A stretch of DNA of 64,000 bases. It comes from the human T2T-CHM13v2.0 reference genome, Homo sapiens. A model generated the notes under the pieces. The model saw nothing but the letters and a program-made list of their open reading frames with translations. It was not told the DNA's origin and ran no database searches. The stretch lies in the NCBI RefSeq assembly GCF_009914755.1, contig NC_060942.1; one strand, written 5' to 3'. Made by a program: the position numbers and the translations under genes. Positions 13,077 through 27,200 of this stretch are shown here, in pieces. Position 1 is the stretch's first letter. Each line of letters begins with the position of its first letter.

Positions 13077-14092
13077 AAGGCAATGCTGTTAAGGTAAAAT
13101 GTCAACATGTATATTGAGACATACCTGAAGGATGGGGTACAATCCAGCTAGGACCAACCTACACAATTATCAGGTAGGAAAAATAAATTTTTCCTTGTTT
13201 GTTTAAATCACTATTACCTTGATTTCCATTAGTAACAGCTGATAATATTCCTAAAGGGAAAGATCCAAACATATGGAACTCAATGTCATAGAGAAAAGCA
13301 ATCAAAAGCCACATTTTATATCCCAAATTTTGGTTTGTTCTAGGGGAGACCATATTATAAAATTATCTTTACCAAAAAAAAAAATATTGATAGGATTTGA
13401 GTTCTACTTTTCTCCCATGCTACTTGCTAATTATTCTCTTCCAAACAGAGAATGTAAGAAGGCTGGCAAAGTCTATATTAAGAATAGTTTCTCCTTACCT
13501 GGGACAATTCCTTGAATTGCCTTGGTCACAACCTATTAAGCTGAGGGCTAGAGGAAAGACAGAGCACAGAACCTGTTGGGTAAAATAAAAGGAAAATTAT
13601 CACATTTGTAGACTGTAATTAGTCAAGAAACTTGGCTTTATATTTTAAAACTGACGAGATATAAATATTTCAAAATCTCAATAAATGATTGAAAAAAAAA
13701 TATTAGCCAGAAACTTCAAATCTGAAAAACAAACAAATGTGAATAGTCACCCACTAAAAAGACCCCAAGCTTCCAAATCTTCACTATTAGGCAATGAAAA
13801 CTGGACATGATTTATGTTAAGTCCTATCCAATTCCCAATTCATGTGTAACCACGGAAGACAATGGACAAAGAATCTTCTGCTTCCCTTAAAGTGATTCTT
13901 TTATATAGAAAACCTATTATCAGACTCTCAGGAATAAAGCTCTAGGCCACCCCACAAGGCAAGCAACTCAGACCAGCTGAAGGGGGTGTAGAAAAAAAAG
14001 ACAGGATAAGAATTAAACATAGTCTCTGCTCTAGTTGCAGTAATGGGGGGCAATGGCTTAGTTTGCTAACCCCTTTTACAGTGTTTTAGAAA

Positions 14093-14279
14093 AGGGGTTG
14101 GCAAACTTATTTTGTAAACAGATATAGAGTATTTTCAGTTTTATAGGAAACCTAGCATATATATATCACAGATTTTTCTCTTTTTTTCTTCAATTTTTAA
14201 GTACATAAATGGTATCTAGAAACATACAAAACAGACTCATGGGCTGGACTAGGCCATGGGCCTAGTTTGCTGGCCCTTG
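14093..14279. mobile_element. MER58-type hAT (Charlie) MITE
   Basis: Terminal inverted repeats aggggttggcaaact ... agtttgctggcccttg. Confidence 0.7.
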
Positions 14280-14700
14280 ATTGCAACTAGCAACAACATG
14301 TAAGAACTGGATCTTTCTTCCCTTCTCAGGGAAAACTTCAGGGCATCTTATTTTCTAGTAAAACTTTAATATCCTGAATGTAAAAGTGGATTTGATGTAT
14401 ACAAATAGTAATTTGAGCCATATTCAGTTTATGTATCAGTCCAGATTTTTGCATCTTTGTTTTCTGGCCAGAGAAGGCTTATGAAGGGTAAATCCAACTT
14501 GTGTTGGCACAGAGCTGGGTTGCTATTTTTCCTGTATCTGTTGCTACTGATGAGAACGCTGGTGCTATTGCTGTTCTTACTCTCTTGTGTCACCCACTGG
14601 CAAAAATAAACAATGCTTCATCTGATGTGCAGTCAGCTACGCTCTTGTCACATCTCACTGAGTACCTTCTTGTAGTCTCTCTGTAGAAGGCTGGCAATAA

Positions 14701-15076
<376 letters not shown>

Positions 15077-17727
15077 CCCTACCTCACTTCTTTGTTCTCT
15101 CTTTCCTGCTTCTCTGGGCTTTAATCTTATGATCCCATTATCAGTGCTACTTATAATTTTGAATTCTGAAAGAAAATCTGCTTAGCAGATTTCCTTGTGT
15201 CATGATGTAGAAATCAAAGCATGATATATTTGGGGAAATAGAAAAGCCTTGAGGTTGACCAGTCTTCCTCACTTCTTCCATTGCGTCTTGCCTTATAAAG
15301 TATAGTGAGACATTTCCGCATGCTCATCATAAAAAGCTGAGAGAACAACATCGGTGATCCTCCTACAGGGCAAGTAGGGTAAGGGGCAATGAGTGCCTTA
15401 GTAGAAGTTGCCAGGAAGCATCAACCAAGACATTCACAAAAATAAGTGAATGTTTACACAACGTGGCCAATGCTTCTCCAACACAGCGAGATTACAAATG
15501 CTTTTTTCTTAAGTCTATATTTCAATTTGGATTATGTGATACACATTTAGACAGACAGTGAGAATGTTTTTGGAGGATCTACAATTTAAAATGTTCCCCA
15601 ATGTTGGAAAAAATGTCAATGTTTCATATAAAATTTTATGTATATAAATTTGCAACTCTAGCACCTTTCTATTTCTTACAATTAAGAACACATTTCAAAA
15701 AATTCCAAAATAATTTTATTTCTAATACTATGTTTTTATATAAAAAGAATCTGTTCCATTCTTCTTAGTAGTCTCTCAACACCATTATGTTACATTTAGA
15801 CAAAATGCATTGAGTTATCAGAGGAACGTACAATAGAACAAAACCTCCCAAAGTTGGTGAGAGACAAGTACACATTTCTGAGTTACTCTTAACACCAGAC
15901 AGTTTTAAAACACATAGAAGTGAAGAATGAATAAAGTATGACCTAGTAGGTATAATAATTTTTGTAAAGTGCAGCCAGGAATGTCTCTTTCTATAATAGC
16001 TATTGAATTTACAAACACAATTAAGGAGAGCTACTAGGCTCATGCATCAATTGGACCTGAAGTCTTTACTGAAAACTCCCATTAGTGTCAAAAGCAAGAA
16101 ATAGGAGCAAGTTTTACTAACACTGTTAGTTTTTCTAATGTAAGGGGAGATAGCAGGGAAATCTGTTGAATGCATGTACATGGTAGTTTTAAACAAATTA
16201 TTATAGACACAGCATATCTGTAATGTTCATTTATTTGGATGTTCACTTATTCATAAGAATATACCACACCAAAGAAGAAAAAATGAAACCTGCCACCTGT
16301 TGACAAAATTTTAAATGTCAGTAATGTTTATTTTATTTGTTTACTAATTCCTTTTTGATTTTCATACACAAAAATATCCATTTAAAGTTTTATTACCCTT
16401 TTATTGAATCATTGGTAAAACCTGAAGAGGAATTTTACATAGAATGGGGTAGGAGCTAAGGAAACAGAAAAATAAATAATAAGAAAGTCATATAGTCTTA
16501 ATATTTAAAGCTAACAGAGGGAAATAAATAATTGGAAATATAAGAAAGATAAATTGTACAATATGTAACATATAATGAGAGTATCACCTTTGATTTTTCA
16601 TAAATATATATAGTAATTTAATGTGAGAGCTAAAAGATGTCAGATACCTTCCCTGTATTATCTGACTTAAATTTATTTATATCAACTTAAATTAACAGTT
16701 TGTGTGTGTGTGTGTTTTGTTAAAGGATTTCTTATTTTCTTGTTTAAAAAAATAGTGGCTTGAGGAAGCTTCAATGTCTCCCTTAAAATAGTCTTGTTAT
16801 TGAATAACTTAGCATTGAACATTTGTAAAATTAAGAAAAATGTACCTTCCTGCTCTAAGACTGCTTTCCTCGTTTTTGCAAAATTCATATTGAAAAAGTT
16901 TGCTCCTTTGAATATTAGGCTGTTATCATTAATTCTTCCCTTTTATGTTATTTACCTTAGCAAACTTTGTATCCAATACATACATTTTATATCATTTTAT
17001 GACTGGATGAAAAACAATACTGAATATGAAGAATCTCAAGATGAATCTCAACATTTTATAGTAAGGAGATAAAAAAGAAGGCATGGTTTTTAAAGGTATA
17101 TCAAGTCTCTGAAAATAAAGACTCAGAAGAAAATATTTATTCTGGCGTCTTTGTCAGAGATAAGTTTGTGATATATCTCCAGCGAATTGTTTCATTTATG
17201 GAGCTGACAAGTTTATAAGTTAAGGTGATGATGAACACATAGTACTTATATATACATTTATACGCATTTGCATAACCTCCTTCTTTTAATTTTCCAAACT
17301 ATATAAGTGCCCTTGTACAAAATAAAATTACATACGTGCTCAGGACCTGTGTCTGAAATTGTAGGATCAAAAAGCTTCCACCAGTGCTCTCTCTCCTACC
17401 ACATCTAGCCTAATGTGTCTGCTGTCTTTCTAGGACCTCATAACCTGGTCTCATCTTCCGTCCATTATGATTCCCTTCTAAACCTCCGTGATAATCAGGC
17501 TGGACTTCCTGTTTAGCTTTCAGTTTTGCTGGCATCCTCTCTTACTGTCTAACTGTCACCCCAGAAACACACTCGTATTTAAGGAACCACACTAAATAAA
17601 GGATAGCTGTGACACCATGTGTCATTTTATGGATGAATCTTTCCCCAAATGTTTCTCACTATCTCAGTTTGGAATAATTTTCCTTCCTGTGCATATTTTA
17701 CCTCTATTCTTGAACATAGAAAGGTGT

Positions 17728-17800
17728 ATTCGAATCAACCATATAAAACTGTCAACATCCTCTCATTTTTAACTTACAAAAATGGCAATTTTATACAAAA
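17728..17800. mobile_element. MADE2 mariner MITE, degenerate
   Basis: aaccatataaaactgtc..catttttaacttacaaaaatggcaatttta resembles the MADE2 consensus. Confidence 0.6.
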
Positions 17801-20156
17801 CGCAGGTTATTAAATTGTATTTAATATGAATAATATCTGGTCATGATGGCAATTTTTACTAAACAAATAATTTTTATATTTGGAGATAGAAACTAGAAAA
17901 CGTGTTCTTTTGAAACTGTACAGTAATCTTCGATGTACTTTGAAATATGCAGGTAAGAGGAATCAGTGCTTGGCTTTTTCAATACTTCATGACGTGTTAG
18001 TTGTTTGCTCCATGTATTGTTGTATGCTTCTCTAGTCAATGCTCTGAAAAAGTGTTTCTACCCTTTTTAAAAATAGCACTGGAATTTTTTCTTTGTGTAC
18101 AACCTTATGTAAAAAGCTAATGTATAGAAAAATGATGGTGGATATTTTCTTGTGGAAAAAGGTTAACTAGGAGCTTCATTTCCTCAGCGTGTCCATTGCA
18201 CCCCAACCCAGGATCACCTGGGTAACTCAGGTACCCTGTAGTGCAAGATTCTCAACTCATTCGACTGCAGTAGTAAGGACCAGTTTTAGCATCTGAAGGA
18301 TACTGGTTAACGTACAGCGGGAAACCAGAGTAAGAATTCTTTCAGAATATTCACATGAATAATGCACCAGGGCACCAAGTCAGTGCTTGCTGATTCTGTT
18401 TGTAGTATGACGTTTACTAGGGTAGAGGTCCGAAATCCTAAAACACACTTGAGATTGTTCCTCTCTGAATAGACTAGTATACACGATCTGTCAAATGTAT
18501 CGTTTAGTTTGGAGCCCAAAGACAAATCACTCCCTAAAGCGCACCTGTGGTACAGCATTTTAGTAGTGCTCTTTATGACCCTTTACAGTCACTTTACAAT
18601 TACTTTTTAAAGTCAATCTATTTTTTTCACTCCCCCCACACACAGTTTAAAGAAAGGTAAAGGCAATCAGTATATTCACAATTATGATGCCTTAACATCA
18701 CAAACTATTGATATTATATTGTTTTTAAATTATGCAAATTACATGTCAATATTAGCCCCTAGGGATATTGGAATCATAAAGGGGAGATACAGCATTAATT
18801 GAGCTTTTAGTTCAAGGAAGTACACTAAATTCTGTGACACTGATAAAATGAATTCTCAGATAGTTCCAAATAATTCCATTTTTATCTAGACTCTACAGAA
18901 AATTAATTTTATCACTTAAATTATCATGTACTTTGACAAACTTGAAACGATAAATAGAATAGCAATGTAATGATAATTTTTATTCCAAAATTCATGTCTC
19001 CATACAACACAACAACATAGAAGGGTTAGCATTAAATTATATCTTTTCTACCTATTAACCTTGAGATATTGCACCAGTCAAAACCAAATTTGTACTCTCA
19101 GTGGTGTTCAGAGATTTATTCCTTCCATTAGGTACATACTCAGCAGTGAACTTAGGCTAATGTACTTTCAATAAAAAGGTGGCAAATGTAAAGCATTTTG
19201 TATTAGCTTAAGAAAATATGTTTCAATCATTAAAAATTAAAATTTCCCTTCTTAACACATATCTCTTTTTCCCCTTTAGCCATATAATCACCTCTTTATT
19301 TAAGTAATGGTGACCTAGCGTTGGTTATTTCCTGGCAGAAAAAAAAAATAATCACATTATTACCTGCTGGGAATACCCTATCCAGGAGTCACTAAAACTA
19401 TTATAAACCATAAATATACAAAGAGAACTAAAATGAAAAAAACGTAACCATTATACATTAATAAATCCCAAGATTTTTAAAGCAAGAAAGGGAAGATGGT
19501 AAAGATTTTTTGAAGTTGAATAAAATACAGTATTGTATAATAACCATTTATTATATTAACACCATTTTATAATACCGTTTAATCTTATTATCTTTCTGTT
19601 AATTTATTACTAGAAGAAAAATGTTAACATTCTAATTCTGTCTCAGGTATTTTTTCAGTTGAAAATAATTATTTATAATATTATTTTGTCTTACAAAGAA
19701 GGGTTTTTAAAATTGGTCACAAATTAAATTAACAACATATTTTTCTGAAAGACTAGCATTTGATTTTGAGCGTGTTATTTTTCATAAGAATCAAAGAAAT
19801 AGATGTATTTGTGTGTAGGTGTGCCTAGATGTTAAGTTTGACATATGCAAACCTAATCTATAACCCTAAAGTTGATTTTAGTAAACTGCTTTTAATTTCT
19901 AATATGATACTTTTTATCTCTAAATTATCTGCCTCTATCTGTGCACCCATAGAAACAAATTATAAAAATGTTAAGCAATTAAATAAATCAATCAGTAAGT
20001 ATCAAAACAACCTCAAGAAACAATACTACCTCATAAAAATTTCAAAAATAATTATAAGAAAACTTTAAAATACTCATAAAAATGTAACTAGTAGCAGTGG
20101 TTCCTTTTTGTATTTCTCTTACTATACTTTACATTTATTAATAATATTAATTTAGA

Positions 20157-20280
20157 GGCTGAGTGAGGCTCATATTTGTCCCCTCACTTTGGCAGGCTAA
20201 GGTGGGAGGACTACTTGAAGCTAGGAGTTCAAGGTCAGCCTGGGCAATATAGTGACACTCTATACAAATATTGAAAAATA
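20157..20280 (+). mobile_element. FLAM / Alu left monomer
   Basis: cactttggcaggctaaggtgggaggac..ggagttcaaggtcagcctgggcaatatagtga. Confidence 0.8.
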
Positions 20281-20479
20281 ATCATATTAGTTTAGAGTAT
20301 TTTTTAACTCTGAACATTCAGAGTTTTGAAAGCATGCATATTTTGGTATTTTTTATTGAGATTTTCCTTTTGGATTACTTTGACGGACACCTTTATATCT
20401 TGAATCAATGTAGAATTTAAAATGAAATCTGTCTACCTGACAGAGTTGTGAGGATTACAGGCGAAGAAAAATCTTGTAA

Positions 20480-21600
20480 TAAGGAGAGATAAAGATTCTC
20501 AAGAAGAACACAAAGGGAACTAATTGTAAAGACAAATATTCATAAACTGAATTTTATCTACATATCTAGGGTTGGTTATTTCCTGGCAGAAAAGAAATCA
20601 CATTATTACCTGCTGAGAAAAAAATTTTATCTACATATCTAGATAGAATTCAGTTTATGAATATTTATTTCATACACCCAGGTAATTTTTGTATTTTTTT
20701 ATAGAGATTAGGTCTCACTATGTTGCCCAGCTGGTCTCAAACTCCTGGGCTCAAGCCAACCTCCCTTCTCAGCCTCTCAAAGTGCTGGGATTACAGATGT
20801 GAGCCACTGCGTCCAGCCTTAAATGAAAACTTTTTCTCATCAAAGACATTGCTAAAAAAATGAAGCCGCAAGACACAACCTGGAGACACATGTGCAATAC
20901 ATATATCTGATAAAGGTCTCACATCCAGAAGATGTGCAGAACACCTATCAGATTTAAAATGAGTTAATATCTGAACAAATATTTCAAATAAATGATACAT
21001 GAATGACCACTAAGCTCTCCCACTCTTCAAAAATGTTGCACAGAGTCACTCACAGGAAGCTGCAAGGAAATACCAATATATCTTTATTAGAATAGCTAAA
21101 ATTAAATGGCTGAAAATACCAGGTCTTAGGAAGAGTGTGAAGCAAACATACATCTCTTACATTGCTGCCTGCAGTGTAACCCTTTAAAGTTTTCTTGGGG
21201 AAAATATTAGGAGTTCTTTTAAATTTAAACACACACACATACCATATAGCCCAGCAATTCTTAAAGCTAGGTACATATCCAAGGAAAGAAAATCACAGAT
21301 TCACAAGAAAATCTTGTGTTGGAATGTTTATAGTAACTTTATTACAATAGCTTCAAACTGGAAGCCAACCAAATGTCCATCAGCTGGAAAATGAATAAAC
21401 ATATTTTTCCATATTTATCTATTAGAGTTCTACATAGCAAAAAAACAAAAAAACTGGTGGGGGCAGGGGGCAAACTCTGAATATATGCTGCAACATGAAT
21501 AAATTCATAGAAAAGGAAATTAAAGAGTTTTCTGGGGTAATAGAATTACTAATGCTCTTCAAACTGTACACTTAATGTCTGTACTCTTTATGTAAAACAT
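20480..21600 (+). mobile_element. Old L1M (MC/ME-like) ORF2 end and 3'UTR, interrupted at about 20558-20818
   Basis: ataaactgaattttatc | aaatgaaaactttttctcatcaaagac..atatatctgataaaggtc..ccagcaattc..aactggaagccaaccaaatgtccatca. Confidence 0.7.
20672..20818 (-). mobile_element. AluJ left arm only (right arm and tail missing)
   Basis: aatttttgtattttttt..ctcctgggctcaagc..gtgagccactgcgtccagcc. Confidence 0.88.
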
Positions 21601-21959
21601 CTTGCCTATCAAATATTGAAGGCTGGTATAATAAAAAATGAGAGTTTAGCATAATATACGGACAATAACAGGTGAAAAGTATATATAAAATATACACACA
21701 TACACAAAAAAGAATTAGGACCCCTTCATCAAGTAGGATCATAACAAATAAGGAAGGTAAGATGATATTTCTGAGAAGATAATGAATAGGTAATGGAAAA
21801 ACTAGAATAAAGACTTTGGTGACTAAAGCAGAGTAAGCTTTGCTCTAGTCTTCTCTTGCCTTCCCGTGGGAAAACATCAGGCCACTTCAGAAAATATCTG
21901 CGCTCACCTGACTATGCAGTCCAAATGCATCAAATTGTGTACATGAAAGATGTGCAGTT

Positions 21960-22270
21960 GACCAGGCGTGGTGACTCATGCGTATAATCCCAGCACTTTG
22001 GGAGGCAGAGGCAGGCAGATCACCTGAGGTCAGGAATTCAAGACCAGCCTGGCCAACATGGTGAAACCCCATCTCTACTAAAAATGCAAAAATTTGCTGG
22101 GCATGGTGGCACGCACCTGTAGTCTCAGCTACTCGGGAGGCTTAGGCAGGAGAATCGCTTGAACCCAGAGGTTGCAGTGAGCCAAGATTGCGCCACTGCA
22201 CTCCAGCCTGGTGACAGAGCGAGACTCCATCTCAAAAAAAAAAAAAAAGAAAAGAAAAAAAGAAAAAGAA
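21960..22270 (+). mobile_element. AluSx-type, full length
   Basis: gatcacctgaggtcagg; degenerate TSD gaaagatgtgcagtt / gaaatatgtggagtt. Confidence 0.93.
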
Positions 22271-23634
22271 ATATGTGGAGTTTTAAAATGACACTTAGAC
22301 TTCGATAGAACTATTTATTAAAAATAAAAATAGTTCATGGAGGACCTTTTAGTCAAAGAAAGCAAGCATTCCCTGCCATCTCTACTGAAATTCCAGGTAG
22401 CAGGAAGGGCATTCCTTCAGGGATTTCTGTGAACTCTCCCTGGGTGATCTAGAACACCCAGTGGTGATAACTGGTAGGTTTTCCATGGAACTGCCATATG
22501 TGATATAATACAATGCTTTGGATGAGGCTGCAGAGGATGGTGACATTGCTAACTACAACGAGAGGCGAAGTACAGCCATGATAGTACTGGAAGTTTCATA
22601 GACTGCCACGGAATTTGAGAGAGCTGACCTAATTTTTCCCAGCCAAGGACTTGATAACACAAGTCAGAGCAGAGTCAGTAACCATGCAGGGTGTAGTACA
22701 CCAATACTACCTTTGACTTCCAAATCCTTATGGACTGGCCTGTCAATTAGTAATTAAACCTTGTTGTCAGTGATTTGTTAAAATGAATGTTTAACCTTTG
22801 TTATAATTACATTGATGTACAAAGAGAAAACATTTTGCCATATATGGCTACCTCAGTTGATTCTCCTAATATTTTAGACCTTTGGAATTTGCCAGACTCA
22901 TTCTATGGAATGATATAGGTCAATATATTGTCAGAAATGAGACATTTTGTGTCATATTCACATGAAGACGTTTAGAAAATAAGCTGGAAATATTGTTTGA
23001 GGACAGATTATTAGTGAAAATAATAGTAGGGGGAGGGAAGGGAATGGAACCAACATTTATTGGGTGCTTACTACATGCTAGAAATTATAAGGCACTTTCC
23101 ATTTTATTTTCCCTGCTATATTCCACAGATAATTTAAAGTTGTTTAAAGGACAGCAAACAATAAAATAAATACATGTGAACAAAATAATAAAATAGCAGA
23201 GTAACAGCATGTAAAATTAAAATGGAAAGTCAATAATAAGAGTGTTACAACAAGATGCTGGAAATTGTTCCTACTAAGTGATGATTCCAATAGAAACAAA
23301 GTGTTCACATGGTGAATGATAATATTGTCATTATCCCTAAGGAGAAAAATCACAAGTTCCCTGGGGAAATCATAGATTTAATTTTCAACCTGAGACGTAA
23401 TATTTTCCTGTATGTCAGCTTAAACAATGTCCTAAACATTAAACTGAGTAGGGAATTATAAGGCCATATATTGAATAATCACTCAATGGGAACTGAGGGA
23501 AGACTTTGAACCTACAAAGTGAAAACAAATACATAGATTCACACAGATAATGATGTTCAAGGAGATTCTACATAGCAGGGGAGCCACAGATTTAAGGCTG
23601 CCCATGACAAAATTACCAAGCACTACCATTTATC

Positions 23635-23760
23635 GCATGCATTCAACGATTCATTTCTTCAGTCTCTATTACTTGTCAAACACTGTAAAATGCACTAAGG
23701 ATACAATAATATATAGAAAATTTAGAATCATTCTTTCTTTCACTGAGCTTCAAAACCAGT
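23635..23760 (-). mobile_element. L2 3' fragment
   Basis: cattcaac..ctctattacttgtcaaacactg..gagcttc resembles the L2 tail. Confidence 0.5.
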
Positions 23761-24770
23761 TGTGTGCAATAGATAACAACTAACCAGTGGATTGGAGTTG
23801 ATTACATAGGACCCGCTCTTCTAGAAGAGAAAATTAGGAATGAGAAGGTACAGTGTCAGGATCCCAGCCTCATGAACTTAGATTTAGTTCCTTAAGGGCT
23901 TCATAGGAGGGAAACTGAGAGAGAAGCTGAGTGGAATAGACCCACAAAAACACATTGGAGACAGAGCATCTAGCACACATTCAAGGCAGAGATCTCTTCA
24001 ATATATCTTCTTATTTTTATGATGTTTAAGGTAGTTATAACCCTGACTTACCTAAAAGAGCTCTGTCCTAGTAATTAATAGGGTTGCTGTCACTCTCAAA
24101 ATGTTTGGGAAAAAAATTATATAGTTATATAATCAACCTAGTTGTATTAGATTTTTTTTTTTAAATATCGTTCCTGAAAAACACATCCCTCTGTACTACA
24201 ATGTATTGAAAGTCTGGATTTCAGCACATATAAGGTAAAAAATAAATAAGGAGTTTTTAAACAACTGCAATTGCCTCCAGAGACTCTTGATGGCTGTTGT
24301 TTCAAGCTTGGAATTAGAATCTTAAACTCCTGAGACAGCTTGTAAGCATTCCTGTTGTTCTAGAAGAAATATACATTATGTTTGAATTCTCTAATTTTCA
24401 TGGTAAAAGTTATCTCAGGGACTTTGTCTAAATGGTTGCTGGCTGAGGAGTGCTTGTCAGAAGAACGTGGCCACACTTGTATAAGTTCAACTTTATTCTG
24501 CCTCTGTAAAGGAGTCCTGCGAGTCCTGGGAGTTGGTGGACTGTACCGTTGGCCATCATCTGCTTCTAAACTGGGCGTGAGGTCAGGGCTTATATGGGAC
24601 ATCGGGGCATATCACTCATATGCTCCAACCTTTCTGATTTTAACCATCCTTCTCTCCACTAATCAGTGCACAGCTCATGAAATGAGTCTAACTACATTTC
24701 AGAAGTGGTAGCTATTCTTTCTGGGACAATTTCTTCAAATCCTTGTGTTTTTAAAGAACCTTCACATCCT

Positions 24771-25315
24771 ACCAGAAATACCATTTGACCCAGAAATCCC
24801 ATTACTGGATATATACCCAAAGGATTATAAATCATTCTACTATAAAGACACATGCACACATATGTTTATTGCAGCACTGTTCACAATAGCAAAGACATGG
24901 AACCAACCCAAATGCTGATCAATGATAGACTGGATAAAGAAAATGTGGCACGTATACACCATGGAATACTATGCAGCCATAAAAAGGATGAGTTCATGTC
25001 CTCTGCAGGTACATGGATGAAGCTGGAACCATCATTCTCAGCAAACTAACCCAGGAACAGAAAACCAAACAGCACATGTTCTCATTCATAAATGGGAGTC
25101 GAACAATGAGAACACATCAGCACAGGGAGGGAAACATCACACACTGGGGCCTGCTGGGGGGTGCGGGGCTAGGGGAGGAATAGCATTAGGAGAAATTCCT
25201 AATGTAGATGAGAGGTTGATTGGTGAGGCAAACCACCATGCCACGCGTATACTGTTTAACAAACCTGCACGTTCTGCATGTGTATCCCAGAACTTAAAAT
25301 ATAATTAAAAAAAAA
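24771..25315 (+). mobile_element. 5'-truncated L1PA7-like element (ORF2 C-terminus and 3'UTR)
   Basis: L1PA 3' end with A tail; TSD aaagaaccttcacatcct (24753-24770) / aaagaatctccacatcct (25316-25333); tt|aaag endonuclease site. Confidence 0.93.
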
Positions 25316-25764
25316 AAAGAATCTCCACATCCTAACAAGCTGGTTTTGTTGGTTCTTTTTTTTTTTCTTTCACCTTTGCCTTTTTTGCTGGTCTTACCCA
25401 TTTCTATTGTCAGAAAGCAGCACTTTGGCAAAAACTAAATTCTTTCCCCATGAGAACTGGTATCATGTCTTCATATAACTGCCAGCATATATGTCAGGAG
25501 GTTCCTTGAAAGGTTATCTTACACATTGTCACACGTTATTTGTTTTTGGAAGAATACTGCTAATGAGTGGGCACCTATTCCTAAATGTCTTCTTTAGGAG
25601 ATGGAGAATAATGCACATCCCTCTTTGTAGTTTATAGTGGGAACTGCAACAAATATTGATTGAATTAAGCAAAAACTCCCCATCTTATCTTTAATTTAAT
25701 AGATCTAATAATTTAATTTAATAATACTTTTGGCATTTGATCAGTATTAATTTTATACGGGGTC

Positions 25765-25860
25765 CTGTGATATGCCCCTTATGAGACAGGCACTGCTATC
25801 ACCATCACTGTGCAGGTGAGGAATCAGGCTCAGGAGCCAGGGCAGTCAATGCCTTCTAAG
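25765..25860 (-). mobile_element. MIR fragment
   Basis: ccttatgagacaggcactgctatcaccatc..gcaggtgaggaatcaggctcag resembles the MIR core. Confidence 0.6.
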
Positions 25861-27200
25861 CAAAAAATGTGATCCTTTCTGTGTTGACTCTTGACCTCCA
25901 AAAACAATAACTTCATAGCAGAATCTAAACCAATAGCAGTAATTATTACTAATTTCAGTGAAGAATTGAGGCAGATAGTGTCACAGAGAAATGGTCTCAG
26001 ATTCAGAGACAATCTTTTTTTTTTTGCTTTATTATGTATATATATATTTATTATACATTAAGTTCTGGGATACATGTGCAGAATGTGCAGGTTTGTTACA
26101 TAGGAATAAAAATGCCATGGTGGTTTGCTGCACCCATCAACCCATCGTCTACATTAGGTATTTCTCCTAATGCTATTACTGCCCTAGCCCTACACCCCCT
26201 GACAGGCACCTGTGTATGATGTTCCCCTCCCTGTGTCCTTGTGTTCTCATTGTTCAGCTCCCACTTATGAGTGAGAACATGTGGTGTTTGGTTTTCTGTT
26301 CCTGTGTTAGTTTGCTGAGAATGATGGTTCCAGCTTCATCCATGTCCCTACAAAGGACATGAACTCATCCTTTTTTATGGCTTCATAGTATTCCATGGTA
26401 TATAGGTGCCACATTTTCTTTATCCAGTCTATCACTGATGGGCATTTTGGTTGGTTCCAAGTCTTTGCTATTGTGAATAGTGCCACAATAAACATACGTG
26501 CGCATATGTCTTTATAGTAGAATAATTTATAATCCTTTTGGTATGTACCCAGTAATGGGATTGCTGGATTAAATGGTATTTCCGGTTCTAGATCCCTGAG
26601 GAATTGCCACACTCTCTTCCACAATGGTTGAACTAATTTACACTCCCACCAACAGTGTAAAAGCATTCCTATTTCTCCACCTCCTCTCCAGCATCTGTTG
26701 TTTCCTAACTTTTTAATGATCACCATTCTAACTGGTGTGAGATGGTATCTCATTGAGGTTTTGATTTGCATTTCTCTAATGACCAGTGATAATGAGCTTT
26801 TTTTCATATGTTTGTTGGCTGAATAACTGTCTTCTTTTGAGAAGTGTCTGTTCATATCCTTCACTCACTTTTTGATTGGGTTGTTTGTTTTTTACTTGTA
26901 CATTTGTTTAAGTTCCTTGTAGATTTTGGATATTAGCCTTTTGTCAGATGGATAGATTGCAAAAATTTTCTGCCATTCTGTAGGTTGCCAGTTCATGCTG
27001 ATGATAGTTTCTTTTGCTGAGCAGAAGCTCCTTAGTTCAATTAGGTCCCATTTGTCAATTTTGGCTTTTGTTGCCATTGCTTTTGGCGTTTTAGTCATGA
27101 AGTCTTTGCCCATGCCTATGTCCTGAATTGTATTGCCTAGATTTTCTTCTAGAGTTTTTATGATTTTAGGTCTAATGTTTAAGTCTTTAATCCATCTTGA

